The notes under the pieces are model-generated. The model had not been told where the DNA came from. It saw nothing but the letters and a program-made list of their open reading frames with translations, and searched no databases. From contig RSEE01000070.1 of the NCBI GenBank assembly GCA_003971905.1, positions 62,001-126,000 on the forward strand: a DNA stretch of 64,000 nt. The letters run 5' to 3'. This DNA comes from Moniliella sp. 'wahieum'. Its lineage: Eukaryota. The stretch's first letter is position 1, and the number at the start of each line of letters is the position of its first letter. The translations under genes were made by a program, and so were the position numbers. This document shows positions 61,057-64,000 of the stretch, one piece after another.

Positions 61057-62003
61057 ATGCCCCACACCAACAATCTCAGCGGCGCATCGGCCGACGAGCT
61101 GCTTTCCCTGGACCATATCCGCTCCACGCTGCAGCGCCTGGAAGATACAATTGTGTTCCAACTCATTGAGCGCGCCCAGTTTGCCGCCAATGCACCAATG
61201 TACCAGCCTGCTGCATTCCCCCAGCTCGCCGAGCGCGAGGGATGGCACAAATCCTGGACCGAGTGGTTCTTGCGCGAATCGGAAAAGGCCCATGCCAAGG
61301 TGCGGAGGTGGGAAGCGCCGGACGAGTACCCGTTCAGTGATGTCAAAGATCTCCTCAGCCTATCCTCCCGCCGGTCAGTTACCCCGACCTGCTCTACCCC
61401 AGCAACAAGGGTCACCAAATTAATGTCAACCCCAAGATTTATGACTTTTACGTGAACCAGGTCATTCCTGGTATCTGCGTGCCGGGCTCGGACGATGGCC
61501 AGTACGGCTCGGCGGCAGTGCGGGATGTGGAGCTGCTGAGTGCGCTCAGTCGGCGCATTCACTTTGGCATGTTTGTCTCGGAAGCCAAGTTCCGCCAAGA
61601 CCCAAGCGCGTTCGTTTCGTTCATCCAGTCTAAGGACCGCGATGCGTTGGAGGCGCTCATCACCAAACCTGAGGTGGAAGCGGCCTTGCTCCGCCGCTTG
61701 GCAGAGAAGGCGGATGTGTACGGGCGGGACTTTGACACGGCGTTCCAAGTACGCCTTCGGCGGGAACAAGATCCAACCCGCAAGCAAGCGGCAGTCGAGG
61801 AGCACCGTAAGATTGAAGTCAATGAGGTGGTTGAAATCTACAAGGAGTGGGTCATTCCCTTGACCAAAGTGGTCGAGGTGGATTACCTAGAGCAAAGGCT
61901 GGTTGGTCTTTCCCCAGCACAAATTGAGGAACTTCGCAATGGCAAGCCATGGGACGAGGTTGCTGCACAGCTCGCCAAAGGGGAGGATGGACATCGCTCG
62001 TAA
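61057..62003 (+). CDS. ARO7: Cytosolic chorismate mutase (eukaryotic AroQ type)
   Basis: LSLDHIRSTLQRLEDTIVFQLIERAQF, HAKVRRWEAPDEYPF, DDGQYGSAAVRDVELLSALSRRIHFGMFVSEAKF, YKEWVIPLTKVVEVDYLEQR. Confidence 0.96.
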
Positions 62004-62285
62004 TATGTTATTTCCAAGCACACTTCCACAAGCACATATCATGGCATTCTACCCCATCATCTGTAGATGCACACTGGTTGAAATTGATGATATATACGGA
62101 TGTACCATTTACCCCAGGCGCTCAATCTCGGAGTACCACTCAAATAATGGCGTTAATGACGTTGGAACGATCGCCTTCTCACCTCGAGCGGCATGCAGGC
62201 CACCAGGAGGCACCACTCCCCCCGCTCTGCTCCAGCAGAACCGCCGCAAAACCACCAGCAGCACAGCAACAGGCCAACAATGCGA

Positions 62286-62487
62286 TGCATCGCCGCACCA
62301 CGACTGTGTCCCATTAGCGAGAGGGGCACCACAACAACAGTAGCAAAACAGCAACAGTCCAGCCATGCCGAGAATCGCCGCACCACCTCTGTGTCCCATT
62401 CGCGAGGAGGACAACAGAAACGGCAGCAACTGCAATCCAGCCATGCCGAGCACCGTCGTATCCCCTCTGTGCCCCATTCGCGAGGCT
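62286..62487 (+). repeat. Degenerate ~80-bp tandem repeat, about three copies
   Basis: atcgccgcaccac..ctgtgtcccatt.gcgag x2 plus ctctgtgccccattcgcgagg; cagcaac...tccagccatgccgag x2. Confidence 0.8.
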
Positions 62488-62582
62488 GCTGGTCCCATAA
62501 GTACCCATCCCCCTCTCGGTCGAAGGTGCCTCCTGCACTCCCTTCCTCGCACCACCACCCCCAGCTCCCATCACTCGCCATT

Positions 62583-63828
62583 ATGTCCTACGCACCCGAT
62601 GAGCTCAACACCCTGCCCTTGGCATTCCCCCACGCTGCTACTGGTCCCATCGCCCATGGAGCGCGGCCAACCACAAACACTTTCCCGCCCATCTCTACTT
62701 GGCTCATCCCTACGAGCGGCCCCGCCCGTTGAGTCCCCTTTCCCCCTGGCGCGCCTCGTCCAGATGCCCCCCCCGCAGGGAAGTACGAACGCATTCGTCG
62801 TTAGCAATTGGCGATTGGCTTCCGTGGTGGCCAACTCTGTCCTTTTGGATCCGTTTCTCTCCCTTCAGAAGAGGTCCAGGGCGATCAGGAAACTCTGCTT
62901 CATTTTGGACAGTCTGTGGTGGTCCATGGCTACGTCGTACGAACAGATGGAGCTGCATGGCTATGTCACATCGCTCGTGCGAGAAATCTCCTCGTGTCCG
63001 ACTGGGGGTCTGGACGAGGATTTGGCACATAGCCTGCCCGCGCTTACAACCGAGGTCGGATTCATCCCCCCAACCAACCTCCCCCCCATTCCTCCGCACT
63101 GGTTAGTTGACACACCTACTACAGGGGCAAATGGTACGTTTTCCCTCATCTCTTAGCATCTCTTTTCTAACCGCGTTTGGACTCCCTTTCACCAGTCGGC
63201 AGTACTTCTTTTGCTCCGGAGTCCTCGACTGCGTTGAAGAGGACTGAGGGAGTGCCCATGGTCCTACTCTCATCACCGGGAGGTATCAACACCTCTCCCA
63301 ATGCTGGTTTCGAAGAACAATCGGGGTACACCTCTTCCAGGCCATCTTCTTTTTCCCCCACACCAAGCCCTGCCCTGCGCTCGCGTCCGCCTCCCAAGAA
63401 AAAAGAACCCCCCGTCCCCACCTAAGAAACGGGGTCGGCCTCCAAAGCCGCTGGGCAAAAAGCAGACAAGCCTGCGCGTATCAAGCGGCCCCTTGGCCGT
63501 CCCCCCAAGCTCCAGCCGAGCTCTTCCATATCTTCCTCGCCCCCTCCCGTATCAGGCCGAGTACTGTTTCCACGTCCCCTGTCACGCCTGCGCCTAGGCG
63601 ACCCCGCCGCCGTCCCACAAGCTCCAGTGGAGCTCTTCCATGTCTGCCTCGCCCCCTCCTGTCTCAGGTCTGGAAGCAACCTCCAGCTCCTCCGGCTTCC
63701 CTTCTTTGACTGATTCCGCAACTGAGCATCTTCTTCCTTTGCTCGACATCGCCACCTCGCCCGCTACGGTCCACGGTCCGGGAGCAGCCTCCAGTCCCCC
63801 GACTTCCTTTGACCTTTATTCCAGCTGA
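62583..63828 (+). CDS. Hypothetical protein with an AT-hook-like motif
   Basis: MSYAPDELNTLP.., helical region (LQKRSRAIRKLCFILDSLWWSM), intron ~63134-63196 (GTACGT..CTAAC..CAG), KKRGRPPK at ~63424-63447; ends uncertain. Confidence 0.5.
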
Positions 63829-64000
63829 GCGTCATTTCATATTTGTCCCCCCGCCCGCCACGGATGAACTAAACCCGCCTCCTCTCTCGGATCTCATCCC
63901 AGAGATGGAGCTTGTCTGGGAAGTTTCGGCCTCCCGACGCTCTGTGTAAGACGACTCTCGGGCATGCCCCTTTAATTGATTGCAAGACTGGTTCAGTGGG

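Noticed and set aside
7143..62003. Frameshifts in nearly all genes, read as mass pseudogenisation, programmed frameshifting or RNA editing
   Set aside because: They affect conserved housekeeping genes (SOF1, RPL26, LOS1, ARO7) alike and are mostly single missing bases while the protein sequence stays conserved. Uncorrected long-read errors are the simplest explanation; short-read polishing would confirm.
61057..62003. Secreted chorismate mutase effector (Cmu1-type)
   Set aside because: No signal peptide; the sequence matches the cytosolic Aro7 pattern.

Overview
Gene-dense fungal nuclear DNA, most likely a basidiomycete of the smut/Ustilaginomycotina type (inference from GC-rich CDS, few short GT-AG introns with CTAAC/CTGAC branch points, and protein similarities recognised by eye). 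Nearly every conserved gene carries several single-base frameshifts. These look like long-read assembly indels rather than pseudogenisation, so CDS coordinates are approximate. Core genes: ICL1, SOF1/DCAF13, a Cid1-family nucleotidyltransferase, COX24/mS38, tubulin cofactor C, an alpha/beta hydrolase, exportin-T, Ase1/PRC1, a GPI-type secreted protein, a LIP lipase, an F-box protein, a Pho80-like cyclin, an MtfA-like C2H2 factor, Boi1/2, a G-alpha, a Gon7-like protein, RPL26 and ARO7. The 0-6.5 kb and 49.6-58.5 kb segments look accessory. The two most unusual signals are (1) many 7-bp-period micro-arrays of different, often palindrome-cored units concentrated in promoter regions, and (2) a nested inverted duplication at about 50.9-57.0 kb around an orphan multi-repeat, NLS-rich protein gene and its internally deleted, divergently oriented copy. 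No tRNA, rRNA, CRISPR array or transposase was recognised.
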